This document shows, in pieces, positions 24,401-37,881 of a stretch of DNA of 64,000 nucleotides. A program made the position numbers and the translations under genes. The notes under the pieces are model-generated. The model was not told the DNA's origin and did not search any database. It saw only the letters and a program-made list of their open reading frames with translations. This DNA comes from Fimbriosthenelais zetlandica (Eukaryota): assembly GCA_977030845.1 (NCBI GenBank), contig OZ365112.1, positions 22,878,001 to 22,942,000 on the forward strand, written 5' to 3'. Positions within the stretch are counted from its first letter, which is position 1. Each line of letters begins with the position of its first letter.

Positions 24401-27400
24401 AAATCAGTCCCACAGGAAACAATTATTTTTGCCAACTACTGTCACATATCTTCCAGTGGGAAGACAAGTACAGCGGTCAGATCTCTGTTCCCTGTCATTG
24501 ATACATTGCTTGGCAGGGCTTCTGTCAACAGGTACACATAATTATAAGATACAGTTGCATAATAATTGCCAACCATTGCCAACAATATTATTCAAATCCA
24601 GGCTTGTGCTGCATGTGGCGATAGGATGTTCATGTTATGTCTGTGACTATAGCATGGTCTACAAAAGGTTAAACAACTGAACATGTTTCCCTAACCTTCC
24701 TATCAGCACGTGTGCCACTCGTATGATACATGATACCATATGATACCACTGTGACCCTGGACATTATACATAGCACTAAATGTCACATACAACATATAAA
24801 CATGGTATTAATGAATTGGTGGCACCACCAAAATCATGACATGCAGGCATAATGAAATTTTCTCATTTGAAACCCATTACAATGTAAGTAGTATTTAGGT
24901 TGTAAATGGTACACTTGGCTCCGGGCAGTTATATAAGTTACATTATGTACCTATCCAGTACCAACAATTTTTAACGGTACATGTATGTATGTATGTGTGC
25001 ATACAACTCATATAGTCGATGAAATATAAAATATTGGCATCATAGCGCCCTCAGCATTCAGTATAGTTACCAATTTGAACGATTGTCTGTTTGGGCTGTT
25101 ACCATAAATCAATGTAATTTTGATGATGTCACGTCTTGGCTACTTCGTTTTACCTGAGTCTCAACTGGCCATTCGCCCCCCCCCCCCACCCCCCACTCCC
25201 CACCCCCATGGAGGCCATATATATTGGCCTATACAGCCACTGCCTGAGCAACTCACTTCCTCCTGACTGTTAGCTGATGGGCGCATGCGCGCAGATCTAA
25301 TCGATTTTATTGACTTCCGATTGACTGCCCCAAGCTGATCCTATTGCTTGGCAGTTGTAGATATTTAGTACATGTACTCGTATGGTTTTGTTACATCCCT
25401 ATATATATTTCGGATATTATAGCCTTGACAAACAATTTTAATCCTTTCAATGTTTTATTATTCTTATTCAATCCTTGTGTTATTGAATGAAACCCAAGTT
25501 TCTTATATACGAAAATACTTCGTTTCCCCGAGTAATATCCTAATTATTTCCTCAAAATAATGTTTGGATATTGCACGGGTCGATTATCAGTTTTAATATA
25601 CGGGTAAGCAAAAAGTTTTTTTCTTTCAACACCTGTATACAACGTGTACATACTTCTCTACTGTGTATACTATATATTGATTGAGCTCGTGATATGTCAT
25701 ATAGGACTGAGGTAAAGCCTATATTATAGTTTCTCCTGAGTAGAACACCGTTTGATACAGACACACCTGTTCTCTCTATGTAACTCGATTCATGTCCATC
25801 TGTCTCTCACTCCCTTCTCTCTATATGTGCCCAGGTGGGTGTTTCATGCCTTGTGATATTCACACAGGCGTGTACCTCAAATTCACCCCATGCCAATACA
25901 ATTACACACAAGGATAACGTTAGACCAAAAGCATCTATATTTCCATGCAATCCTTCTTTCTAAGTGAATATGGATATAATATAAACTCTTTTTGCGTCCG
26001 TTTCGGGGAGAAACAATTTAAGGTTTGAAACCATACATTCACGCCTACTGGGATGCTGCATGTATGCAACCCAAAAATCCCCCCAAAATAATTGCACATC
26101 CACATACCTTCGAGTTGTCATCACTGTAGAATACATTCAACTTATCATTATAGCCATTATCAATGATAATCCAGTAATTATTCCATGCAATGCTTACAGA
26201 GTTCAAGTTGTCTTGACTATGACATTTAGTGTTTAATGTGGGTGGTCCTCTGCCGTATAGGTCTACCTGTGTCCTCCACACTGCTACCAATGTAAACGTA
26301 AACTGAGGAAACTCAACACTATACCAGTGTTACGCCTCCACTGCTGTTATACATTCCCGGCCCACCTTCAGAATGGAGGAGTAAGGGACAGAGTTTGTAT
26401 TCTGATACCATCCTATACATTCTCCATCCATTAGGTATCCAGACAACTCCTGATCTTTTCCTCCTCAATCCAGTTTGTTCCCCTCTTGTTTCCCTATATA
26501 AAATATATACTCCTATTCTCTGTTCTTTTACTATCCCTTGACCTCTTCTTCTTTTCCCTTCCACTCTTCCTCTACTTGTCTCATTGTGGATCGTATCTTA
26601 CATGATGCCTCATACAATAAATTAAATTATCCCTAACCACATACATAGATTTATACTTCAAGGCCGCCTGGCTTGCGGGTTTTAGCCTCTGGTCAGAAAC
26701 CAGTAGCATCCATCATAGAGGAGACAATCATCTAACACTCTCCGCCTTTGTTGTGTCCAGGTTTTGGCATATTACACATATCGACCAAACAGACGAAACA
26801 ATACCATATTGTCTCAAGCATTTAAAAAAAATCCTGACTATATTTTAGTTGAAAACAATCACTCTAATGGGTAATAGCTAATGCATAATGGAAAAGCATA
26901 GTTAATGCATATAAATGCAGCGCCATATTTCTATAATTTAAAGCGATTAGCTCATTGTGCACGCGGCCTGCCCGAGTGCAGTGATGGACACATTGTACGT
27001 CATGGCCAATTTAAATCATCACTTAGTGATGAACAGAATTTATGGCTTTTTTGGGTCATATAATTTATGGACATTTTTAATCTTATTGTTAATTAAATGC
27101 TAATTATGTAAACCGATACTACCCCAAATTAAACATAGTAGCACTCGAAGCTCTTGAAGGAAACATTTTATTAATTTTTATTAAAAAATTGAAGAAATAT
27201 TAATCTATGATAATGATTTACTTTAAAACATTTTCCAGATAAAACCTTGATATTTGTCTTACTGGGAAAAACGCGAGTATCTAATAGTAATATATTAATA
27301 AATAAGTCACGCCAAGATATAATTACTCACCACCTGATGTTCAGCGTGTGCCAGGCATGTGCATTGCCTTCCTAATTAGTAATTAATCCTCTCAATCATT

Positions 27401-30400
27401 TAACACGAAGATTCTTCCTAATCCTTCACAGCCGAGGTTAATTATCAATGAGGAGCAAATTGTCTCCTCGGTGCTAACATACAATGGTGCTCACCTCCCA
27501 TGTTCTATCACAAAGATTGTATATAACACGGTGGATATTACACCAGGTCTATATTAGGACGGTTGGTGTCCACCCATGGGAAGTCCATGTAGTTATTGGC
27601 GTGCAGGTACATATTTGTATGTGCAGGTATATACCACAAATGTATATCATGAGTCATATTAATAACATGGTAAATGGCATTATTGTTATGCTATATGGAA
27701 TTTTGCTTGTATGGGAGTTGCAGGAACAGGTGACATAGAGGAAAACCTTTTGTGTTCTCTTCCATCGCCATTAGATTCATCACCATTAAACAATTGGTGG
27801 CATTTGCATAGGCAGACTTTGTTTTGTATTAGTCCGGGCTATTAATTTGTCTGGAATCGTGCCCAGTAGAACAATGGGTCGGGCAGAAGCTGGTCAAATG
27901 TCTGCATGGTCACTCACTGCCTTAAGGTGTGTTCTTACACCTCTAATATATCCACTATATTAATATATTTTGTAGTTAATATATTTTCATGTGCAGTTGG
28001 AAGTACCGCTAAGATGAATGCGGCTTCAAAATTCAGGGTGTAACATACAGATAATTGTTCATCAAAGAGCAATATGACATATTCTTATAATGACAATATA
28101 TTTTACTGGCTGACATGGGCATAACTTCAGGAGTTAATATTTTGCAGTGTATTAATATTTGCTGCAGATTAATCCCCAGTACATACCATATTGTATGTAT
28201 ATAGAGCTAACTATAATGGAAACAAATTGGGCAGTGAGTTAAGGCCTTCCCCGAAAACTCCATTTGTACCTTTTGAGAGGTGACAGATGAAAAGACCTCC
28301 AATGAGACGTGGACACTTTATGTTAGTCTATATGTACACAGTGACACCTCGACCTGTTGTAATGATATTACCTGGTGCGTTTAGTCTAATTGTCTACCTG
28401 ACTCCATGCCTTCAAGCATCTTCATTCCCATCATTATCATCTCTAACACATCCCTTCATTCATTTTCATTTTACATCTAGAAAATCTCTAATGATGTGCG
28501 ATATACCCCATGAAATACTGCAATGGAGGCAAATAAAGTATTTTATATCATAATTAGTCCTGAAAATTCCAGAGTATACACTGTTTCATTTCTGTTAGTT
28601 GGGTGATTGGAATGAACAAAAATATTTTCTTAGCTTATCATATATGAAGTCCCACTAGATTGATATTACATACCTGTTCATGTCATCATTATAGCATGGG
28701 AGAAAATATGCAGACAGGTTGGTACAATGGATATGTAGTGACAGTGACACCTTCACCATGATCATGAAATATCCAGGCAATGTGAGAAATGACATGGAGA
28801 GTGGAGGACAATGTTGGGGGGCAGTGAGAGACTATAGAGAGACAGAGAGGTCTGTGGCCTGTGGCCGTACCAGCAGGAGGATGAGCAGCACGTCAACCCA
28901 CATGCATTGTGCATGAGATATTGTTCTCCCCGAGCACGCCTCCACGCGTAAGAAATATGTAATATTCTTTATCTCCCTTTCTTTTGTGTTCTCTATGGGA
29001 GGAGGGATGTCTGACGGTGAAGGATGGTGGACGTGGATGAAAGCACTATTATAGTGTTTGTGTGGGTCACCTGTCCTCCTAGTCCTGGAATTATTTCCAT
29101 GCAGACATTTGGTGCATTTTACCCATGCCATGATCACTGTCAAAAGTAGTGTTGGTCCTCTTGCCAATGTTAACATTGGGCCATTGGAAGTTGGAGGGTT
29201 GACCAACAGTTATGTACCTGCTTTATGCTGTATTTAGTGCACCACAATCCCCCTTTTCTTTGCTTTCTCGGCCTTCGGCCTCGAAGTGCCATAGAGCATC
29301 AGTCCCCATGTCAACCCGTGCCCCATTCCCTAAATAGTTCATCCGAGAACAGCCCGACTTTTTCTACCTAAAATAAATTAAAGCATGACATATACAGAAA
29401 GCCATAATTCTATGTAGATATTCTATGTATTGTTTGATATTACAAAACCTCCCCCTCATTTTGAAGATGTACATTTCCACTTCAGCCGGGCCCTTTCAGC
29501 TTTTAGGAATAATGGCAATAATTCCACTGTCAATAGTCAGTGGGCGTATAGCCACGTGGGGTGACTGTGACCTTTTATCTATATATGTAATCCTCGCCAG
29601 CTGTTATACCACATTCAATTATTTCAAAGGCCACGCTTCTGTCTTGGACCGTTACTCTACCTGTCCCAATATGCTATTAGTAAGGAATTAGACTGCACTA
29701 AGCCGATTTCCCCATTGGCTGATCGATTTTGGTTAATTTGAAAACCACGAAAATTAATAACTGTGAATTGTTTGAATTCATATACTATACATGTAACTTT
29801 AAGTTTTTAATTATATCTTTTGGTCTTTGTCATACCAGTTAAAGGTTATATCAGTTAGATGTTATAAGAAGAGTAGACCTATTGGCAATAGATAGGAGAA
29901 TCGGACTGGTGTTAATACAGCTTAACTGCTAGCTCTTAGCATTGATTGCAATATTGTCATCAGAGGCTGCGGCAGCTGCTGCTTCTGCTGAGCTGCTGAA
30001 AGCTGCTTTCATTCTGCCTTCACACTTACACCTGCAGTTTACAGCTAACCAACTGCACAGTTACAACACACCCACCTCCCACACCTACTCTCCTCCCACT
30101 ACCAGTTTTGTCTATATCTGCTGGATCTCCATCTTTCCACCTACCATATGGCATAATTCCTCCTGTATTCCTTCGATGATCCCTCCACCGTGGGAACGCC
30201 TACTTAGATGTAAGGGTAAAATGGATGGGGAGGAACATTCCCCCCAGACCTTCCCCCGTGTTCTCCATCCTTACTCTGGTGGGGTTGTTTTGGTTCTCAC
30301 CTACACCCTTGGCATCCCATTGCTCTTTACCTCTAAAAAGACATTTTGCGCTGCTCCTTGAGATACTCTAGCTTTAGACTAGCTTTATAAGATTATACAA

Positions 30401-31162
30401 GATTCCTAGGAATTAATCTGATATGTCTCTTTTGGATGCGTACTGTATCAAATCCTGCTGGATTTAGATGCTTGTTCTTTATAAAAGTTATTTAATTTGC
30501 AAAGCACCAAAGTAGTATTTCGATATTGCAGTTTTATATTATATAATATTGTTTATAAAGTAAAATAAACTGCAAAAATAAGGACCCTCTTTGATAAGTT
30601 TATAATTATAATGTAATTTTAATTTAAATTGATTAATTAAATACTTATTCTTCGCAATATTAAAGTCCAAATGTCAATTCCAAAGTGACGATATAGTCTA
30701 TGGTCCGTCAATCACATCTGTGAGACTATAGCAGAGAATTTCAATTTCTGCCTACTTCAATATTTATCCGTGTGACAGGCCCCTCAGGCCGGTGCTATGG
30801 GTATCGTCAATACAAACACCAGCCGTTCTACGTCTATATTGACTGCCTTTACCTCAGTCAATAGTCAATGTCCATCTCTCTAATACATCTCAATGCAACG
30901 TATTAATCCACAGAATCACATTTCCACCTTCTCTTGTTTTTCCCCCATTGATATTATGGGTTGTTACATGCTACATGTTCTCCTCTATAGTTGTCCATAT
31001 GGTCACCGAGGTAGATGATTCCTATAGGAAAGTTCTCACAGTTAGTGCTACACAGCCTCCAGCCTCCTGCTTCTCCACCTACCCACGCTCCTTATTATCT
31101 GTCCCTCCGAATCCACATCAAAATAATGAAAAATATCTTTAATAATTGTTTTTTATACTTAC

Positions 31163-31364
31163 TTTTGTCACGTTTGAATTTCTCCGTCCGATTGGTCGTG
31201 GGAACGGTCACCGACACTTGTGATGTTTTTTGTTTACAAAAATTATATCAAAATTTTCTCCGTATAAAAATATAAAAAAAGATATTCTCAGTCACATGAG
31301 AGCAGCGTGTTTCATCCCCTTCACAACAACAACCGTAGAGGCAACCCCTGGCCGGCCTTTATAG
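31163..31364 (-). promoter_or_regulatory. Candidate Tob core promoter and non-coding first exon
   Basis: Minus-strand TATAAAG near 31358-31363 predicts a TSS near 31330. A consensus donor GTAAGT lies at 31162-31157, and a clean acceptor (ttttcatttcag) opens the exon at 21604 that contains the Tob ATG. A second donor lies at 30852. Inferred; no transcript data. Confidence 0.45.
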
Positions 31365-32294
31365 TCGTCCACAGGTTAATGTATTCATGTGTGTGGGCGT
31401 GTGAGTCCTCAGCATCACACTGTTAACGGGCAGTGCAGCAGCCCTGCTAATCAATACACAACGAGTAGCTCAAGATGTGTTTATATTTAAACTCCAACAT
31501 TTAATATAAACCCGCACTTCATTTTATTTTATTTCTTATTTACAATTGTGAATATCGGTTAAAATATTGAGCTGTATTTTATTTGTTCTGGAGAGTTGAT
31601 GTGGGATATATACATGTATGTATTGAAATATACCTTATACATTGTGGTGGGGGGCGGGGGTGTCACATCTGTGACTTATACACTGTTTTAAAGTGGCGAA
31701 CGAGAAGGAAAACACGTGTTTATCAGCTGTTAGTTACATACAATAGATTTCTAGAAGTTAGATAATATTAAAGTCCTTATCGATATGGGCGCAGCATGCA
31801 TACTAAAATCTTTGAAGCCATATGTTCCACCGATATGTATAAACAGTATATCTCCATCCGAAAGCATTTGTTTGCATTGAGAAATGGGTAACTTGATTCT
31901 AATTATCCTGGATATTTGTTTGATTCATTCCCAATTCGATTTCCGCTATATTTGATATTACATGCATAATATTACCAAAGGGCTTATATAGTGGTATACG
32001 CTCTTTGATATTACATAATGTTGCATACTATAATATTTGTATTTCTCATTTTTTTTAAAAGAGAGAAGCCTTTTCGAAGTGTTCAAAATGCATATATATT
32101 AAGATATTTTCCTCTTGGGGATTGTTATGTCAATATCTTGTGGTCCAGGTATACGTCTCTCCCTCACAGATTTCCACCTTTTATAAACATTCTCCTCTTT
32201 CCTCCCTTTTTACCCGCTGCCTCTCCCTCACACACACACACCCCGCACACACATGACATCCTGGATTTCCAAGTCCTCTGTCGCCATGGATTCG

Positions 32295-32430
32295 CCCGGA
32301 GCCAATGGCGAAGAAATTCCCCTTTTACGTCATTGGAGGAGGCAGGAGGAGAACCCCTGATTATTGCCTTTTTTCTGCTGCTCGCCTCCACCCACGTGAA
32401 AACCTGGTATGACGCAGGCACGTCACTTGT
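32295..32430. promoter_or_regulatory. CpG-rich element with CRE-like and CCAAT motifs between divergent Tob and Death-domain genes
   Basis: CCAAT 32302-32306, TTACGTCA 32325-32332, ATTGG 32332-32336, TGACG 32410-32414, CGTCA 32421-32425. Confidence 0.4.
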
Positions 32431-34434
32431 TCTAATCGCCTCCCTCAAAAGATCGCCTCCTTCTCTTTGTACCGCTGTCCTGTGAACGCCTTAAAAAATA
32501 GAAGCGTTCTATGATTATATTTGATGCCCACGCATCCACTTCATATACTCACAGGTTATAGCTGCTTTGATACCTGCAAGAGAAATCAATCATGGAAACC
32601 GTGATGTTTCTTTTTGTTTTATTCACTGCATGTACAATGAGCTGCTTCGGATGTGCGTCTATATGCATACATGTACATTGATGCATATGATACAATGTAC
32701 AATGATGTACATTGTTTCTAAATATTTTTTATCATCAATATGTTTCATATCAATAATATTATTGTTTTTTGTGACCTTTAGACAGTAAAATGTTATTGGA
32801 GGCTCAGTCGTAAGTCATATTTGGTTTTGCATATAGACATAGAGTAAATTTATGACAACCCACGCATTAATTCTTGTTTTCACCACTGAATGAATGAGCA
32901 GCAACTGCAGCAGCCGTTGCAGCAGCAGCAGGTAGCAGCAGTAGTAAACGAGCAGTAGCTGCAGATTTGGCTTCTCAAATATAAACACCCAGGAACCCAT
33001 TTACAGAGAGAAACCAGGGGGTTACTCTTCTAAGGCCCAAGGGAAATTAGCCATAGATTTATTTGTAATGCGTATACTTTCACTCTCATACATCTGTTTA
33101 ATCACTGTGAACAATTCATATTATATGCAGTCTTAAAGTTTAATCTAACAGAGGCCTATCTTAAGGGAAATTCTCATTTTTCTAAAAACAAAATGATTCA
33201 TGTAGAATGTACGTATTCATGCTTGGGAGGCATCATATGTTAAAGCTTTGCCAGCCTACCCTGTCTCAATAAGTAATCAAGTGTCCCCCACATTCCCCAT
33301 ATACACCCAGGGGCAGGATGAGGGGCGGGGGCGGGATGGATTAGCATTAGGGCATTAGGATAAGGAGTGGGCGGCTATCATAATAGGAATCGTGGGTGTT
33401 GAGAAAGGCATTTATTATCGGTTTTTTTTTTACTATTTATACCTTGTTTGGTAAGAGATCCCTGTAAAAGTGGCCTATCAGGGATCGAACTGTTTTATTG
33501 TGGTACTATGATTATGCAGTGTAATTGTATATAGTAGGCAAACTCAATTTCCTTTAGATAGAAATTGCGCATTACAAGGTTGGTTGGATGTCATGTTCCA
33601 TTCTTGTACTCGTAGACAAATAGTTAGCTCCAGTCCTCTCCATCTGGTGAGTTTACCTGAATGGATTTTAGTTAGTGAATGTCCCACTAGGTAGCAGCTA
33701 AGAGCCAATAATTAGTCCAGTTGGGAATTCATTTTAATAACATGGAGCTTTTAATCATCTCGTGTATTAAATGACTAATTAATATTATTTTATTGGCGTT
33801 TGAACGAACAATTTACTGTGCACCTACATCATTATAATTATTTGAATTTGAAGGTGCATGTACTTTAATATTGATCTAAATGCATTGTGATTAATCATTT
33901 TTGCTCGGATTAACTATTGTTCCCGTATGGCCATGGATCAAAATTTCTCTTCTCAAGGAGACTTGTGAGCCAACTGGATTTGGAAGTGAAGAGGTATGTA
34001 CAGTCACGCTTTCAGGCGCGTAAAATGGTATTAAACAATCGTGCTCCTGTGAACACGCATGTTGATCAACTTAGTGTGAGGCAATAATACATTGGTTTAC
34101 TATATTAGTGAGTTTATGTGAGGAGAACATACATTTATGTTCCCTACATTTAAGTTTAACACGAATTACACTGACAACAACGAGTGATCAAACCCAAGGA
34201 CTGGGGATCTAATAAATAGATCCAAAAGCATGTGTACATGAGTCTACTATGACAGGTTCATAACTTTTCTTTCAGGCTAATGAAAAATTGGCAAACAGCC
34301 CTGGATCAATGGAGTGGGAAAGGGATAGAATGAACACCTCGGATCAGATCTACCAGCCCTCTCCTTCTTGGAGGCAATGCAATCTAAACAGTGACCTGGG
34401 TGCGAGAAGGTACGACTATACCTGGTGAATCAAA

Positions 34435-37385
34435 ATGTTGAAAGAAACGGATAAAACAGAAGATCAAGTTAATGAAAATCAAACTGTGTGTGTTTGGAAG
34501 ATGGATCAGTGCAATGCAGTTTCAGTCAGAAGATCTGGATCCAAGAGATTCCCTTCTGTGTCCCTCTCAGAATTCATTCTGCTGAGAGACTTGTCTCTAA
34601 GGATCGGACCCAAATGGAAAGATTTAGCAGCAGGACTTGGTTTCAAATCTAACGATGTAGATTTATTAATGAAGTCAAACCCTATGTCTAAAGGATCAGA
34701 ACTAGCATACAGGACTCTATCCATCTGGTGGAGGAAACGCGACTCAACGGATGTCAAACCAGTCCTCCAAAAAGTGTTCAGAGATAATAAATTCATGGCT
34801 GCTGAAGGTAAGGTTTAAATTTTTAGTGATTGGTTGAAATCAATGTCAGAGTTTTTATATATGCCATTATAGCTTCCACTCGGTGCTGTAGAATGTTTTT
34901 AATCCAGGATAGAATATAATCCTTACTTAGTATACAGTGTGTTAATCTTCCCCTCTTATAAACACTGGCATCGAGCCAGCAAGAGGCGTTTAGCTATTTT
35001 TTTGGTAATTGTTTCATATTTTGTATTGTCCTATATTTTATATCAGTAACTGCCTCACACCTGACAAGTAGTGCACCTCAGAAGCTATAGATTAAAGTTA
35101 CATAGGGAGCAACAGCCTATAAGTTGGAGCTAATACCTGACTATTAATTGATTCTTAGCTCTGTGGGGGTACATTGAGTGGCTTTAAATCGTATCAAGCC
35201 TAAACAGGACTCTCATTTTGTGCATATTGTTTTCAATTCGTCTATTATACACGAACGTGAATTAATGACCATACGCGAAAATTGAGAGCACATCTAGCTT
35301 ATAGTGGCCTGCAGTTGTTGACCAGTGCAGTAGCTAGATATAAGGAATACCTTATCTCTTTTAGACATAATACGTAGAATACTTTATTCCAGCACTGCTG
35401 ATGAATCGTCATCAGTTAAAGCCTCCAGCTATACCTTCTGATTCTGTCACATTGACCTCATCTTCATCTCATCCAACTGACAACAGAACAGAGAGGGTGA
35501 TGGCAAGAATCACCCCAAAACATAACCTCCAAAGGTACCTGACCTCTTCTGGACGACCCAAGACATCTGTGGTGAGAACTAAGGCAATTGGTGGAGAGGG
35601 TGAGTGACGTTCTGAAGTTCTGATCCCTGCAACATACGTTTTTTAGTATTAGAAACAGATTTACATAACAAAACCTTTACTTTGTAACATTAGAACATGA
35701 AGATTAACCTTTTCTTGACCCATTGGAATTGTGGAGTAACAACTCTCCAACTCTCCATTCCTCAAGGCAAACACACACAAGTCTTTCTTGCAGCATGGAA
35801 ATCTAAAAAGTGTCGTTCTGTCTTCTATTACTTGTTATTGTATTCATTTCTGAATTTGTACAATGGATTTGCCTTCTGATTTCCCAGGTTGTAGGTTGGT
35901 GTTATCCAACACACCTGATGCTCTGGCGTCAACAGATAACGCTGTCAGTCATCGACCTTCTGGAGTGACAGCTGGGGAGACTGTCAAACTCTCTGTTACC
36001 AATACATCTCTCAGACGACCCAAGACAACTACTGCTGTCAAGTTATCATCAGAGGTCATGCAGCAAGACAAGCCTGAGACAGGTGGGTATAGGCCAGACT
36101 GAAGGATTTTTTCACTTTTCTGAAATGAGGGTCCAGTATTCCCTGGGACCAATTTTAAGACATGAATGGGTGCATATATGGGTGAATCCGTATATTTCCC
36201 ATCCTTTTTCCAGAGTTGTCAATCCATCTGTCAGTGGTGGGTCTTGAGTGTGAGGACCCTAGACGAGCAATACTCCGGTTTTACACCACAGTACTGAGGG
36301 ATGAAGATCGTCACATCAGAATCCTCTCTCACCATTCAGCCTTTAGGGCTGTCACTGTCAAACGCTTCACACTAGATTCCTTTGCCATGCATGTCACCTG
36401 CAGGAACATGACATCCCTGTCTGATCTGGAAATACTACACAGCACACATCAACTGGATGCTATCCTGTCTGAGGTGCTGGCTTCACCAGAGGTGCTGGCG
36501 GAAGTTGGGGTGAAGGCACTCCACCTTGCTGCTCTACTCAACAGAGAAGAAGTGGAGGCTTTCAGGAAGAATCTGAGATGTGCAGAAGACTCGAAACCGG
36601 ACAACAAATCTGCCTCAATATTGCCTGAAAGAAACAAAGGTAGATATACTTTCAGCTCCAAAGAGGGAGCCTGCTCTGTCTAATTTAATTTGTCCTGCTG
36701 TTCAACACTGAAGCTTTCTTATCTCCTTGTTTATAGGCCTACATGTATCAATTATAAGATGAAAAACACTGATATATTTGTTTGTAATTGAGAGAAATTT
36801 ATATAAATTAATCATATTTTCTACACGGGTGATATCGCTTTTTCAGCATGGAGCAATGGTGAAAAGAGATCATGGACACTGGAGGACATTGGCCAAAAGT
36901 TGAGGATGGAGATCACTGCCCTCAGCAGCCGCTATCGTGTGTTCCAACGGGAGATGGCTGATTTCTTAATGGCCATAAAAATGAGTAACTGCTCTGATGG
37001 CGAGAAGATTACATGTTTGAATGACATCATACATGCATATACCTCCTTGAGAAACAGTCCCAGCATTGGGAAGAACGTGAGAACAGATTTAGTCAGGGAA
37101 TACCTCTCTATAGTCAATCTCGTTCGCATCATGTGTGACGGGATTCAGCGTGGTTTGATGTTTCACAACGAGTCTTCTCGTGTTTTTCAAATCTCGTCTA
37201 AGATTTCCAGTATTGAATCAATGATGGAGCCCGCATATAATTTCAGTGATGGGTATCTTGAAGTCGAGTTAGGATTAATATCTCCCCATCAGAAAGACTT
37301 CCGTGGACTTCTTTCATTTGTCCCAGGACTGTTGAAAAGGTTCAATGATTTTTGTGACTATATTAAAGATTCTAACGAAGAATGA
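34435..37385 (+). CDS. Death-domain + TRADD-N-like domain + unknown helical domain protein, about 579 aa, 5 coding exons (N-terminus uncertain)
   Basis: Exons 34435-34807, 35393-35599, 35888-36082, 36214-36639 and 36847-37385 are joined by phase-1 GT-AG introns (1740 nt). Death-domain signature: LRDLSLRIGPKWKDLAAGLGFKSNDVD...AYRTLSIWW. Exon 4 resembles the TRADD-N-like consensus. Confidence 0.78.
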
Positions 37386-37881
37386 TCGAGAAACCTAGAA
37401 TTTTAGTCGTCTTGTATGTATGCCTATTACTCCCAGTTTCCTATATATTTTAAAACTTCACTTTTTTAACAACAAAAAATCACGTCTCCTCCAATCATAA
37501 TATTTCAGGCACTACAAATATGTGTAGGGCTATTTATGGGGAGATGAAGATATATCTTAAATCTCTTAATCAGCCTGAATAATCAACCATACCAAGGGAG
37601 ATTTATTGGTATAAATGGGAGGGTCTTCCTTTTCTTGAGTTATTTCCTCGTGGCCATATATATATGCTGAGCCATATATCTCTGTTTCCATAATCTTCCA
37701 CTGTTGGCGCCCAGGTGGTGACCATTGAGCTGTTGCTATAACTTCCGGGTCAAGTCGAGCCAGCACTGAAGCAAGGGAGGGGAGGGATCATAAGGAGGAC
37801 TATAGAACGTACGGTGCTGGGGCGAGGAATATCTAAAGGCAATGCATTAGAGCTTGACTGGGCATTACACGGGTTTCCTGC

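Noticed and set aside
29942-32485. ORFs 29942-30361 and 32018-32485 as proteins
   Set aside because: They read through low-complexity CTG tracts, CA repeats and promoter-like sequence, with no domain or splice-consistent structure.
37386-37700. SECIS element that would recode the TGA at 34426 as selenocysteine
   Set aside because: The ATGAA...AA...TGAA pattern near 37540-37580 does not form the required helix II.
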